Notes: a model not told the origin generated them from the letters alone. A stretch of DNA of 59,856 nucleotides, filler included, from Circinaria calcarea (GCA_051942165.1; 13 parts of 13 records of this genome joined end to end with filler, not necessarily neighbours in it), one strand, 5' to 3'; counted from the first letter of the whole stretch, positions 23,134 through 35,539 are shown. A program made the numbers and translations.

Positions 23134-25663
23134 TTCTGGGGGTTGTGGTGATGCTAAAGGAATTGGAAATTCTTGGGGAGTTGAGAAAACGTGAATTGCG
23201 TAAAAGGATCGTAGATTGTCTGCGAAGAGGGGAGAGCATGAAGGGTTATATGTGAGTCAATGGAAGGAGTGCGATTGGTTTCGACAAGTCAAAGACAGTA
23301 GCTATGTCGTAGACGGTGACGTAGTGGATTCCCCAGAATCTTTGGGGTAATGACCGCATGAGGCATGATATATATACTATCCCGCCTTACCTTCTGGACG
23401 ATCAGCCAGACTTATGGTTCCCCAGGGGTGTTGGATACGGAGGACGGGGAGGTGTCGCATCCGAGCCTCAGATCAAAGTATGGTGCATGGTTGATGGTTG
23501 TATCCCTCATGCATCTTCGCGTGGGAATCTGAGATCACCATGGGGAAGGGATCTCGGACCTTCGGCTTCCCCTTTTCCCGGACCCGGTTTGCGCTTGCTA
23601 GCCCTGATCTTTAAATTATCCGCGTAGAAAGCGCCTATCGAAGCATGGCTCTGTATCGAGTGATGTCGCACTCCACCCTGTGTTTGTGACGGTTCCAAGG
23701 GCAGCAAGGTCCACTTTAACGAGCTCATTCTCTCCGTTCTACTACGCTGGGCGGCTTCCCCTCGGCTGCGAAGCCGGCATCGACTTGCGGAGTCCTGATC
23801 CGAATACTTCTACACTTGAGGATCTAATAAGTGTATCTTCAAGAATACTACCGTGAGAGTAAAACATCCTATTCGCAACATCTACATAATGCTTACCTGC
23901 AAATCACTCCACGGCTGGTGCCACTTATATCTTAGTGTCTTGATGGCTAAGCTACTTAGGCTCTGCCCCAGCCAATTTCTCTTGCTCCATGGTGAATGTT
24001 CTATTTGGGATTTCTCCCTTATTGGGGGCAGAAGCCCTGATATTAGTTCTCGCGCAAGGCTCCGAGACTCAAGCATGGCATTTTCAAGTGGTTCATCTCT
24101 TTTCCAAACATTAGAGACTCTTGCTTTTACTCCAAGGGTCCGCCGACTGCGTTCTTGTCTTCAAAAAACGCAACGTGGTTACTGCCACTTTAGCCATACA
24201 ATCACGATCATATCTTGAATTTGCTATTTACACCGTTTTAAATGTGTGCATATCTGATCATTTTCTCCTTCGTAAACATCTCCATATCCAACTGAGGGAT
24301 CCTCTCCGGAAGGGACCTCTCCTACCCTTAGATCACGCTCACGACTTTAAATCCCTAGTTCATCCACCGTAACCGTATATTCTAGCCACCGACGCCATGG
24401 GGCAATCTCGCCCATATTACCTCCCCAGTACCGGTGTCTCAATCAAAGAGATTGACGTTATAACGAACGACCTTTCGATGACAGTAACACCACGGCAATG
24501 ACAAGTTTGCGCCAGCCTCCCCTCCACGGACAGTGAGCCTTTCTCCGACACTGAAACCGAGCCACTGACCCTGGGTTATTCTAATGACATCGCAGGCCGG
24601 AGTACTGAATCCTTGAGGCCCCCAGCGGAGTAGTTAGTGCAATGTCGTCGCTTGGTTCAAGTTGGGCACTTCTCTCCCCCCCACCTCCATACTTCTCTAT
24701 ATGTAAGTTAAGCGAATTTCCTCCATGAATCTGAGGCTGGGACGAAGGAAAAAGGGGAGACTTTTAGAAGCAGACGGGTGAGCAGGAGCACCCTTTTCTT
24801 CCCCCCCCAAAGAAAAGAACCCAAGTTCCCCGCAAACCAGTACTCCTAACTCCCAACCCCACTCCCAGTCTCCAATTCCATAGTTTCCAGCTCCCTCTAA
24901 ACAGAAAGACTATTTGATTCTGCGGTATCTTCTTGATGACAGAGAATCCCGGAGGGGCCGTTAGGACCGAAGTTGTACTTCCCTGCACTAAATCTAGCAA
25001 GCAAGCCAAAAAATCAAAATGTATAAATTTATTCGACAAGACGGAAAAACTGTAAAGTGAGATGGGAGCTGTCCTTGCAGCTTGTCGGAATATCAAAAAT
25101 TATCAGGGTTGGGCTAGGGGTAAAAGGGGGCGAATGGGAAAGGGGTTAAAGGGTTACATACAGGATGTTGAGAAGAGTTTATCGAGTACCTGTCTTCGCA
25201 AGAGCTAAAGAAAAAAGAGACGCTTACCTTGAGTTTCCCGATAAGCAGGATTGTTCCGTCTGTTCCAGCGACGCTAGATACGTATTTTTTCACGTTGGAT
25301 ACAAAAATTGGCAATTTATTATTTTCCCATCTTATTGGTTTAGTCTAGATTTGGTTGGAGTTATGATTCGACTTGGGAAACATGGCTGCAAGAGCAACGA
25401 AGCATTTTCAGTCATCTGCAAAAATGCTACCGGTTCTTTCCCCGAGATTTTAAAAGGATCAAATCGTCATCTGTTCAATGTATCCATCAATACCTAGCAG
25501 GTATGCTGCTCCTTTCCTTTCCTTTCTTTTCCTTTCCCAGTCAAAATCAGAATTTCGCCATGGCAACGATAAGTATTACAATACAGAAGATTCCTCTACG
25601 CATTTTCTCCATCCTCGTCGCTGAAATTACTAGTAGCGTGTCTTCAAATGTGCAAAAAGGTAA

Positions 25664-27650
25664 CTAGATCACATCGTTTGCACCAATCTGGCTCGGCATC
25701 ACTCCCCAGTGTTTCTGATCCTCTTTGACCAGTTCCTCGTCTTGGCGATTCTCGTGGTTGGAGAACATGTTCCAGACTCTGTGCTCAGTTTTCTCTTCCG
25801 ACTCATGCGTACCGTTGACTGCTTCCGGTGATATCGGTTTCTTCTGGTCCTCCTCTTCGATGACATGAGTGGTACTAGGGTACTGATAGGGAGTATAGTG
25901 CGTTGACTTCCGATCCGATGATGTATGGTTAACTGCCTCGAATGCGTTCGTGTGGTGGTTTGGAGTGCGCTCGTGTATTTGCTCATGGAGGTCCGCTGGA
26001 GCCGATGAGGTACCTACTGTGGTTCTACCTTTGGCTGCGGTGTCGCTGGTTGGTAGAACCTGTTGCGGCTCTGGGTTATCTGATACGTAGGTGCTTGATA
26101 TTGGGGTGATTGTAGCGTCAACGTTTCGCGATTCCTCGGGGCTTTGGTGAATGGAGACGTTTTCGTGTGACTGGTGAGTTGGAGTAGATTGGTCAGGTAC
26201 CACTCGCTCTCGCACCCGCCGATTTGGAGACAAGGGCATACTTTCGTCAGAACCATCTTCACCCAGCAACTCTTCATCACGAACTCCTTGCACCGACTCG
26301 TCGAGTATCATTGCCGATGTTGTACTGCCCTCGGCACCGATTTCACCTTCCACAGGCTCTTCTTTCTCGGCGCGTGCAACATACGGATTATCTCTCAACT
26401 CCTGATCTGTTACGTCTTTCCAAGAACACTTGGCGTGTTTTTTCGTGCATCCCTGGCAAGCGGTCAAATTCTTTAGGCAATCCATATGCAGCCTTCTACA
26501 TCGGTCGCAAGGCGGTAGTACCCGGTCGCCACGTTGTAGCTGATCCATCCTAGCTAGCATCTCGGCTTTGTACGGCCCGCTGTCATCGAAGCGATCCGCA
26601 GGTGAAGGTCGGTTGAAATTGAGGAGCGATGACGGAGTGTTCGGAATAGGTACTGGGGACGCGGAGTTCATTAATAAAGAAAAATCAACGAGTTCAGAGG
26701 AGGACTTTGGCTTTGATTTAGTCGAATGATGGGATCGAGAAGCGGAAGCTGGTGGCTTGCTAGACTGGTCGTAATCACTCGCTGATGTGTGTGCACCAGG
26801 GCTTGTGAAACAGTTCAGCAGCTCGGCACGTGTAGCAGGCGATGCAGTATGCAGATTTCTGCCGTTCCCTACATTCGGAGCGGGCACTTTCACACGATCT
26901 GAGGCTGCTGGCCCATAACCATTTTGGCTATGCCCACTTTCATTTGTTGTTGAAGGGCGGGAGTTAACGGCCACGAAGCCAGAAGTAGGAGATTGAGATG
27001 TCCGTTGGTCCCCGTTGGCTTGATTGCCTGATGAACCTCTGTCATTGGCCTGAAGAGAGGGTGTCGCGGAAGGGCTGGGATGGGATGGTTCACCACTGCA
27101 GGTTACTTCTGTCTCTCTTCTACTTATGATGGCATTCTTGCGGTTCTTCAGTCGGTGATTCAATTGCCGCGCTCGAGCTGAGACTATTAAATTATTAGCA
27201 AGCAGTGGATATATTTGTCAGTTGCGATGCCATCCTGACCTTGATCTGCAAGCTGAACGACATGCCCTATGTTCCTTTCCAATATCTCCAAAGTGCCCAA
27301 CTCCTTCTCCTCGTCCTCTGCAATGGGCTGTGGAGGTATGAGCTTCTGTGGCATGCCTGAAGCGATCAAAACGTAGTCTTCCTCGGAAATTTCAACCCGA
27401 CTCTGCTTTGTATAGAATTGGCAGACCCGTATGCCGTCTCGCGTCTTCTCTAGGTTGAACTGTTCCGGTTTGTGCCGGGCAAATTCAACAACATCCAACC
27501 ATGTAACCGATGTACCCTCTTTGCCATGGGTTTTGAGCACCTTTGGCGGTCCATCAAACAGCCTCTCAAACCTCTTTATAAGAATCGGCCCAAGAGGTCT
27601 TGCACCGAGATTTCCGGCCATGCTTTCATGCCTCTGCAATACGCCGTCGT
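25664..27650 (-). CDS. Conserved fungal protein with a Zn(II)2Cys6-like cluster, 5' truncated
   Basis: PPCDRCRRLHMDCLKNLTACQGCTKKHAKC; upstream exon LGARPLGPILIKRFERLFDGPP; intron 27184-27239 joins the frames. Confidence 0.85.
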
Positions 27651-27750
27651 NNNNNNNNNNNNNNNNNNNNNNNNNNNNNNNNNNNNNNNNNNNNTTAATT
27701 AATTAANNNNNNNNNNNNNNNNNNNNNNNNNNNNNNNNNNNNNNNNNNNN
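27651..27750. other. Artificial contig linker
   Basis: N44-TTAATTAATTAA-N44. Confidence 0.99.
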
Positions 27751-30207
27751 ATGAGAGGACGGGGGGAGTCGTGCTGGACGACATCTAAGATTGCACACGC
27801 GTTGAGTCGTATGCGGTTTTTGCTTGTGAGAAGGACCTTGCTAGGGTCGACCACTCTGGCAGCGAGCGCCAACGCATGAATGGCTTTGAGAGCATTGGCA
27901 ATTTGGACCATATAGCTCCATAGCACTTGCTCTGTGACATGAACAGTATTTTGGTTTCGAGTAGAGTAACGAGGGGCAAAATGTGTTTCTGCAAGAGTCT
28001 TGGACAAAGGGTGATACTCTGTCACAAACATCAAGGAACTATCGCCAAAACTGCGATTGGTAAAGGCATCGATGAAAGTTACGACGTTGCCGTTGTTCAG
28101 ACGCTTCCAAGCCTGAACTGATCGGATAGCTTTTTCATTGGTCAACCGGTAGCCTGCAAATGCAGTTAGCAGATTTCAGGAAAGATACTGTTCTAAAAGG
28201 ATTTACCCTCAAGTCGCCGAAGAGCATATGTATTCCCGTCTTTGCTTGATACAGCCTTGTAAATCCAACTTGGATATCCAAAAAGCGCTGCATTCTTTTG
28301 ATTGGTGGTATCAAGCGGGACGAGTGAGTGAAAATGGTCGATCTGTGGAGGAAGTGTAGAGTCTAGGAGGTATTAGCTGTAGCCTACCGGGTTATTGGCG
28401 CTCTGGCAAACGGCTCTCTCTAGTTTACGCACTTGGTAAGGTCTGTAGTGTAGCGGCAGATTTCCGTTGTAGATCTTCTCGAAGACTATCAGGTATGAAG
28501 AAATCATAAGCAGATCTCTGATAAGGATGGACAGCCTCTCGATGTGGCCCTAGTGATGTGTAAAGATGATATTGAACGGGTTGAGCATATGCCGAGTTAT
28601 GATAGTATGAGGCACCTCCTGAAGTACTTGCATCAGATGAGTAAGGGTTGAGTTGAGGCTGGCTAGAACCATTCGAGGCCACCGCGAGTGGGTTCGGAGG
28701 AGAGACATAAGGATCGTAAAGTCCTTGGCCGAGACCGCCGTTATGGTCGTTCTGGTTTATCTGATGAAACTGAGCCACTGCCGACTTAGGAAAAGAATGA
28801 GAGGGAATAAACGACATAGGAGAGTGGCGGGGATGATATCTAGGGGGTGTACGGATAGGTGTGGTATGGTAGGATCTATGGTAAGGGGGATGCCTTGGAG
28901 GGGGGGTCGTCATTGATGGATTAAAGGATTGGGCGTTTGCACTCAGAGTATTGGGATGGTTTTGAGATCCGGACGGAACAAAGATTCTTGCATCCATCCT
29001 TAAGGTGTCCTGCCTAGGGAATGAGGTGGATGGATGTCCTAGTGAATTGTTTGACGGTTCCATATGGAAAGGTGCAGGCGGTCCTCCTTGTGTACGCGGT
29101 TGCTCTGGTGCAACTCGATTCTCTCGCCTAATTTGCTTATCTCGTGCATTTTGCCTCGCTTGTTCCTTAGTCCATTTCGCACCAATCCTGTACTTATACG
29201 ATGGTGATGGTTGTGAGGGTGACGAAGATATGTAACGACCATCACTGAAAGGTGGTGTACGCATCGGTGCGGGACATCTTGGGAGCTCTGTAACCGGCAA
29301 ACCCACTGGAAGATGTGTGTAGCCGGTCACGAGCGATCTTTTGTCCATGGACGAATGCTTCCTCGGGGCGAAAATACTGAAAGAGTGCAGACTGAGATGA
29401 TGTGGAAGAATATGCAGCACTTACCAGAGATGACGAGAGATTCTGCGATTGAGGTTGGGGAAGGAACTCTGGAACCTCTGCGGAAGGTCCCAGCGCCCAA
29501 TCTGGAGCTGTTGGGTTGTACTGCTTCTTTGGCAATCCGCCAACGTCCGTACCTATGTGTCAATACTCATCAGCTTAACAGTTGATCTTGGCTAGCCATG
29601 GAGAGTGCCATACTCAAACCTAGCCCCTTGGGCTTGAAAGGGGCGGCACTTGCCGCTTTCGGAGAAAGTCCAAGGGATTTTGCGGCTGTGCCATTTACAG
29701 CGAGAGATGAAGTTGAAGCAGGCGTAAAACTCGGCGAGTCAACATTCAGCCGTTTCTTGAGACTGGAAAGGCCGGCAGGGAATGGTGAGCATTGTTACAA
29801 CTTCAACGAGTCTCTATTTGCCATGTACCTATCTGACTGGGTTGAAATTGCGGGCATTTTGACAGGTTCATGATTGAAGGCGCAGCCTACACATGCAATT
29901 GAGTTCCAGCCGACTTGTCTGTGGCTATATAATATACCTTTATCTTCGTATCGGCAATGACCATAAATTGTCACGTTCCGACATAGCGTATCTTTTGCAT
30001 TCTCTATTCGTCATCTTCGTCAGCTATCTTTTTTTTCTTTCCTCTCTTGCTCTCTTCCCCTCGGAACAAATTTCCATTTATCAGATGTAGTCCTCCTTCT
30101 ACTCTCAGACTGCACGGATATGGCCCAGGCTTACCACGCCCCTTCGACCGTGGAGACAGAGTGGCCCGCCGCACATCCTCTGAGATACCTCGCGTGACAG
30201 CCGCCAT
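27751..30207 (-). CDS. PAN3: PAN2-PAN3 deadenylase subunit PAN3, multi-exon, 3' truncated
   Basis: CCCH finger KDTLCRNVTIYGHCRYEDKGCAFNH, PAM2-like KRLNVDSPSFTP, QYHLY, LREDLQRKS, and pseudokinase segments FHSLVPLD, YALRRLEG, DAFTNRSFGDSSL, RIRLNACAILDVV. Introns include 28761-29424. Confidence 0.95.
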
Positions 30208-30625
30208 TTCAGGACCCACATCTCATCTGATAGACATCTTGTGTTGTGGAGTTGATCGCCCTGATGTAGGTAGTCAGCAGCATATAATATTTCAGCTTGA
30301 ACGTGCTTGGTCTTACCAAGACTCGTCGCTACGTCAGATCATGGTGTGAACACTCATCCCTCGTCGATAGCCGAATTGTAGTACTAAATGCAAGATAGCC
30401 AAGTAATTATGTGTAGTAGAGTGTGTTTAAACGAATGGTCCGGAGAGACCTCGAGCTATGGAGGGGGGAGGGGGGTTCCGCTCGCCGCATTGCGCTTTGC
30501 CGCGCTGCGCATAGACACAAATTATTTCTACGGCTACTCCGTAGGTAGACTTGATCAGACGCGACACCTTCCACTAGACCTTGGGTCTCCGATACTTCTC
30601 ATATACTAGAAGTACTTCGAGTTCA

Positions 30626-32218
30626 ATGGCAGAACCAAATCTCGATGTAGGGCAGCTCAGTGAGAACCAGCAAATCGCTTTGCAGACGTACACATCCGTC
30701 ACAAACCAGGAGCTTCCTGCAGCTATCCCGGTACTGCAAAGGTCTCAGTGGAATGTTCAGGTCGGTAGAGTCGTTCAGAAGCAACCATCGATCATCAGTT
30801 ACTCCTATTCTAACCCGAGAATCCAGATTGCTATTGCCAAGTTCTTCGATGGCGACGCACCAGATCTTGTCGAAGAAGCCCGCGCAGCACTCGCAGCCCC
30901 TCCCCAGCGTTCTACTCGTCAAGAAACATTGCTGAATGAGCTAAACACGATACCTCGATCATCCTCGTCTTCTCAGAGAGATGCCGCTCCACGAATCGTA
31001 CCTCAACCAGATAATCGAAACGTCTACAAACCCCCCTTTATATTCTCCATACTATTTACACCCTTCAACATCATCTATCGACTTTTTGTCGGCTCGCTGG
31101 GTCTATTTGTCCATCTCTTCCCCTTTCTACCTCGAGTGTTGACTAGGTTGTCCCCCAGAAATCCATCAAGAGGTCCACGAAGGAATACAACCGGTAGACG
31201 TCCGCTAAATCCGCGGGACACTGCGGCTAGATTCATTAGGGAGTTTGAAGAAGAGTACGGCAGTCATTCTCTACAGATGTTTGAGAATGGATATGCGCAA
31301 GCGTATGATCTTGCAAAAAAGGAGTTGAAATACTTACTGGTTGTTATTCTATCTCCCGAGCACGACGATACGGCGCCCTTTGTTCGAGAGACTTTACTTT
31401 CAACAGAGGTAGTGGACTTTATCAACGACCCTCAAAACAACATCATACTTTGGGCAGGAAGTGTTCAAGATTCAGAAGCCTATCAAGTTTCAAGTGCTTT
31501 AAACTGTACCAAACTCCCATTTGCTGCCCTGATTGTACACACTCCTCAAGATTCGTCTACATCAATGTCAACTATCGCCCGGGTTGCAGGAGTACTGCCT
31601 CCATCGGCGTTCGTAGCGAAGTTACAAACTGCCATCACTCAGCAATCAGGAGATTTGAATCGTATTCGTGCTACAAGAGCCGCGCAACAGGCGTCACGTA
31701 ATTTAAGACAGGAACAGAACTCGGCATATGAGCGATCCTTAGCCCAAGACCGAGAGCGGATGAGGCAGCGTCGTGAAGCCGAGGCTGCAAAGTTACAGGC
31801 TGAACGGGAGGCAAATTTAAAAATCGAAGCTTCTAAGCGACTAGCGCACCAAAGAGATCAGTGGAAGAGGTGGAGATCAAAACAGGTAGCGTCTGAACCA
31901 GAGGCAGATATCAAAGAGGTCACACGCATCAGTGTTCGGATGCCCTCGGGGGAGAGGGTCATTCGCCGGTTTCCGCCAGATGCTGGTATAGAGGAGCTAT
32001 ATGCCTTCGTTGAGTGTCATGACTTATTGCAAGATGAGGAGTCTGTACTAGAGGCATCTCAACCGCAGGACTATAAACATGTTTACAGCTTCAATCTTGT
32101 ATCGCCTGTGCCACGAATAGTCTATGACCTGGGCAGTGGTGGCACACTCGGCGACAGGATCGGGCGGAGTGCTAACCTCATTGTGGAGCCGATTCAAGAC
32201 GACGAAGATGAAGAGTAA
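30626..32218 (+). CDS. UBX domain protein (Ubx2/FAF2-like: UBA-like, hairpin, UAS, coiled coil, UBX)
   Basis: LQRSQWNVQIAIAKFFD, ARFIREFEEEYG, LRQEQNSAYERSLAQD, RISVRMPSGERVIRRF, LVSPVPR; in-frame 66-bp intron 30761-30826. Confidence 0.92.
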   Translation: MAEPNLDVGQLSENQQIALQTYTSVTNQELPAAIPVLQRSQWNVQVGRVVQKQPSIISYSYSNPRIQIAIAKFFDGDAPDLVEEARAALAAPPQRSTRQETLLNELNTIPRSSSSSQRDAAPRIVPQPDNRNVYKPPFIFSILFTPFNIIYRLFVGSLGLFVHLFPFLPRVLTRLSPRNPSRGPRRNTTGRRPLNPRDTAARFIREFEEEYGSHSLQMFENGYAQAYDLAKKELKYLLVVILSPEHDDTAPFVRETLLSTEVVDFINDPQNNIILWAGSVQDSEAYQVSSALNCTKLPFAALIVHTPQDSSTSMSTIARVAGVLPPSAFVAKLQTAITQQSGDLNRIRATRAAQQASRNLRQEQNSAYERSLAQDRERMRQRREAEAAKLQAEREANLKIEASKRLAHQRDQWKRWRSKQVASEPEADIKEVTRISVRMPSGERVIRRFPPDAGIEELYAFVECHDLLQDEESVLEASQPQDYKHVYSFNLVSPVPRIVYDLGSGGTLGDRIGRSANLIVEPIQDDEDEE

Positions 32219-32267
32219 ACGATAGCAACTGATAAACCTTCCAACATGAGAAGATAGATATTGGCTA

Positions 32268-32367
32268 NNNNNNNNNNNNNNNNNNNNNNNNNNNNNNNNN
32301 NNNNNNNNNNNTTAATTAATTAANNNNNNNNNNNNNNNNNNNNNNNNNNNNNNNNNNNNNNNNNNNN
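32268..32367. other. Artificial contig linker
   Basis: N44-TTAATTAATTAA-N44. Confidence 0.99.
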
Positions 32368-32617
32368 ATAATTAATTACCGAATTCTTATTATTTTTAAA
32401 CGCCGTTATTATTATGGCTATAATATACGAGTGCAACACCGTGGTGATAAGGTGACGGATTAGGTCTAGCGTGGTTTAGCGTTAACGAGCCTTGGCGGGT
32501 TGCTTATATTCGCGTGTCCCAGGCACCTTTAATCCTTATGTTATTCTAGGTTTATATAGCCCACAAATTGCTTTGGTTCTAGGCCTGCTATCTTTGTGAA
32601 TTGGCTTCACCCTAACA
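32368..32617 (-). mobile_element. End of a repeated element (probable LTR), copy 2
   Basis: Minus strand begins TGTTAGGGTGAAGCC at 32617, matches 22895-23033, and becomes TpA-rich toward the contig edge. Confidence 0.8.
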
Positions 32618-32726
32618 GTTACTCGTGTTATGATTTAGTCACACGGTGTATTTTGGGTCTGCCTTTCCATTTCCGTGTTTATCCCGCTCTATGCCTATCC
32701 ACGTACAGATTCAAGTGTTTTTGTTC

Positions 32727-35539
32727 TCATTGCAACTCAAAAACTATACATTTTCTTTTCGTCTCCTCGTCGCTAAACTCCCGGAAAAGCTCACCACGCA
32801 TCAATCCGTGTGCATAAGCCTCCCCGATGAACTCCAGCCGTCCGATTTTGTTCCTGTCCTCTTCCTTGCTCCGTAAGATGTACGCCATGTCTCCGCCCAA
32901 CAGTATAACCATTATATCGCCATGACGCGCCTCACCAGAGGTAAGCCCCATGTGACCTGCTTCCGTGATAAAGAACCGCCGGTCCATCATGCTCTGCTGC
33001 ATCTGCGCGATGAGCGGCCTAGTATATTCTGCCCTTCGCTCCCCTGCTTGCAAGGCTGGCTGGAAGCCTGCTGGAACCTCGGATTGAATGGTTGTGCGCA
33101 AGCGCGGTGCCTGGATTTGGACGCTCTTGAGTACCTGGCTGAGCCGACGGCGAGGAGCCTGGGGGTTCGCATTGCTCTCGTCTGGGTCAGTGCCATAGCG
33201 GAGCAGCTCAAACAGCTCGGCCCAGTGTGCGGGTGCTCGGGACTGGGCCGTCATCGTGAGACGATGGGAATCGCACACGAGAGTCCGCCAGAAAGCGTCA
33301 GAATTACGTGGATCGGGATCAAGAGCTAAGAAGCGCCACCACTTGCCCAGATCGCGAGTGAGGCCGTTAGGGGTTATATTGGACTGACAATGATCCCGAA
33401 GGGCACGGAAGACAAGGTCCTCCAAGGTCGCAAGAGTTGCCAGGAGACCTGTTGGTGAAGGAGATTTCCATGTGTCATCAATTCGAATGGGCTCACTAAG
33501 GTATGCTACACGGGAGACAGCATGCCCGCGTATAGCAAGAACGTTTGGTGTAGCGGAGCGCAAAATCTCCACCAGGCGGCCTCCGGCAGCATCATATAGT
33601 CCGTCGCCCCAGATTGGACAAGGTCTTTTAGATCCGAGTGACCAGTCGGATACCCATGAAGGAAAAATGTTAGGGTCCGAAGCAGTTTGGAAGCTAAGCA
33701 TGTCCAGCTTTCTACTCGTCAAAATAAGGTGCAACATTGTGTTTGTATACACCGTCGTGAGAGGAAGTGAGTAGTCAGGCTTACAGCCAAGCCGATCGAT
33801 GGGATGAGCAAGGCTTAAAAGGGCAAAGACCTTATCACGGGCGTCGCTGCATTCAAGGGTGAGAGTGGTCCTGAGCAAGCGCCCAAGATTTAACGTGGAA
33901 TTCCTCTGGATATCTTCACGCATAGTAATATATGTTAGGGTACAGAAACAAAAGTGTGTTAATGCAGAACCCGGCAGAGCAGCTTCAAAGTCGCTGTTGG
34001 TGACAAGAGCGAAGTGACAAATTTTGCTCCAAGTTGTTGTTTTTTGTCCGCACATGATAAGAGGTTCTACTTTGTTCATGGCGACCTCTTGCATAACCCA
34101 GACTCGCCGCCACCAAAGCCGTCCGGCCAATTTAAGGAGTGCGAGCCACGCTCTTTTTGTTTCTCTCGGATATCCTTTTCCATTAAGCTTCTCCTCGCCC
34201 TTGGCAGTACAACCTTTGTTATCCAAGTCTACTAGTGCTGTAAGAAAATTTTGGATCTCCATCTTGCTTTCCAACGGTTCGTCTGGTTCCGATTGTAGCT
34301 TTTGCGATTCGTAAAGCGAGCAGAACCCGGCAGCCTTACCACCGTTCATAAGGCAGCGAACACATTGTCCTTCGCCATTCCACCAACAGATGTTGCCCTT
34401 GAGCTCACACTGTAGGCATCCACCTCCGGTAGGTAGTTGAATAGTATCAGGATCGATGAACATCTGTTGTCCACTTTGTCGATGGACTGAGTTACCCGCG
34501 AGCCACCATGAAACTTCACCTCTCTCGTGCAGAACTCCCTCGCTCTCTCCGTCAACTGTCGAACATGTCGAGACTAAGCCTTGGGTAATGATATTGCGTA
34601 ACCCCTTCTCTTTCTTATTATAGTCAATAAATTGGACATCAGAGCTACGCTCCAACACATCCGCCTCTTGGTTGCTAGTGCCGCCGGATGCATTCAAGAA
34701 ATCCAAAGCCAAATCACTATCCTCGTACCCTTGTCCTAGCCAGACAATGACTCTGGAAGCATGTTTATAGATATCTCCCATAAGCCGCACTTGATGACTC
34801 TTTTCCTCGTCGTTAATCTGGTCTATACATAGAGCATCAATCCAGACATACCGTGGCGTCTCGCTAGGTCGCAACTGCTGCAAGGCAAAGTACAGATTTG
34901 ACGTTATAGGGAAGGGTCTGTCTTCAAAAGTGATAAACTCTGTTGTCCGTGTGTCGCCCCATGTATAAGAGAGAGCCTCATATGCCACATCATCGCCGAG
35001 GGAGATTTTGACCTGTTTGCAACTTATTATTGCATCCCTCGTTCCAGGCATAAGAGCGAGAAGCCGTATCTCATTGCTCTCGGTATTCAAAGGAGCGTAC
35101 TGCCCGAGGAACTGCTGTCCCTGCTGAAGTCCTAATTTGACCATACGACGTAGAAGCTGCGCAAAGTCTATCCTATTAGGATCAATATACAATCTCTTGA
35201 CTTGGCTCGCATTCTCCGATGGAAGCATCCATGAAGGGGGTGAAATGGGACCGTCATGGGCACTAAATTGGTGCATAGGATGCGTCCTGCCAGCATCCAG
35301 CACGCAAGTTGAGCAGTAATCCCAATTAGGGCAGACCGGGCACTTGTAATGGACCTCATAGATAGCCTGGTCGGCTTAGGACTCGAGAAGGCAGGAGATG
35401 AGGAGTGACTACTTACCTGGCCACAGCCATCGCATTGAGCATGATGATCTACAACTTCTTTATCTTGTTCAGTAAAGTCAGAAGTTTCAGCCTCATTCGA
35501 ACTTTCGAAGTGTAGATCTTCAGCATCAGGACGATCCAT
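32727..35539 (-). CDS. ZZ zinc finger + HET (PF06985, HET-6-like) heterokaryon-incompatibility protein
   Basis: HET motifs YEALSYTWG, VWIDALCIDQ, QVRLMGDIY, WWRRVWVMQEV, DARDKVFALL, PSWVSDWS, IGEAYAHGLM. Intron 35367-35416 assembles the ZZ finger HAQCDGC..IYEVHYKCPVCPNWDYCSTC....THPMHQF. Confidence 0.92.

Noticed and set aside
23134..25600. Short ORFs and G-rich tracts on contig 6
   Set aside because: No coherent gene model or recognisable element
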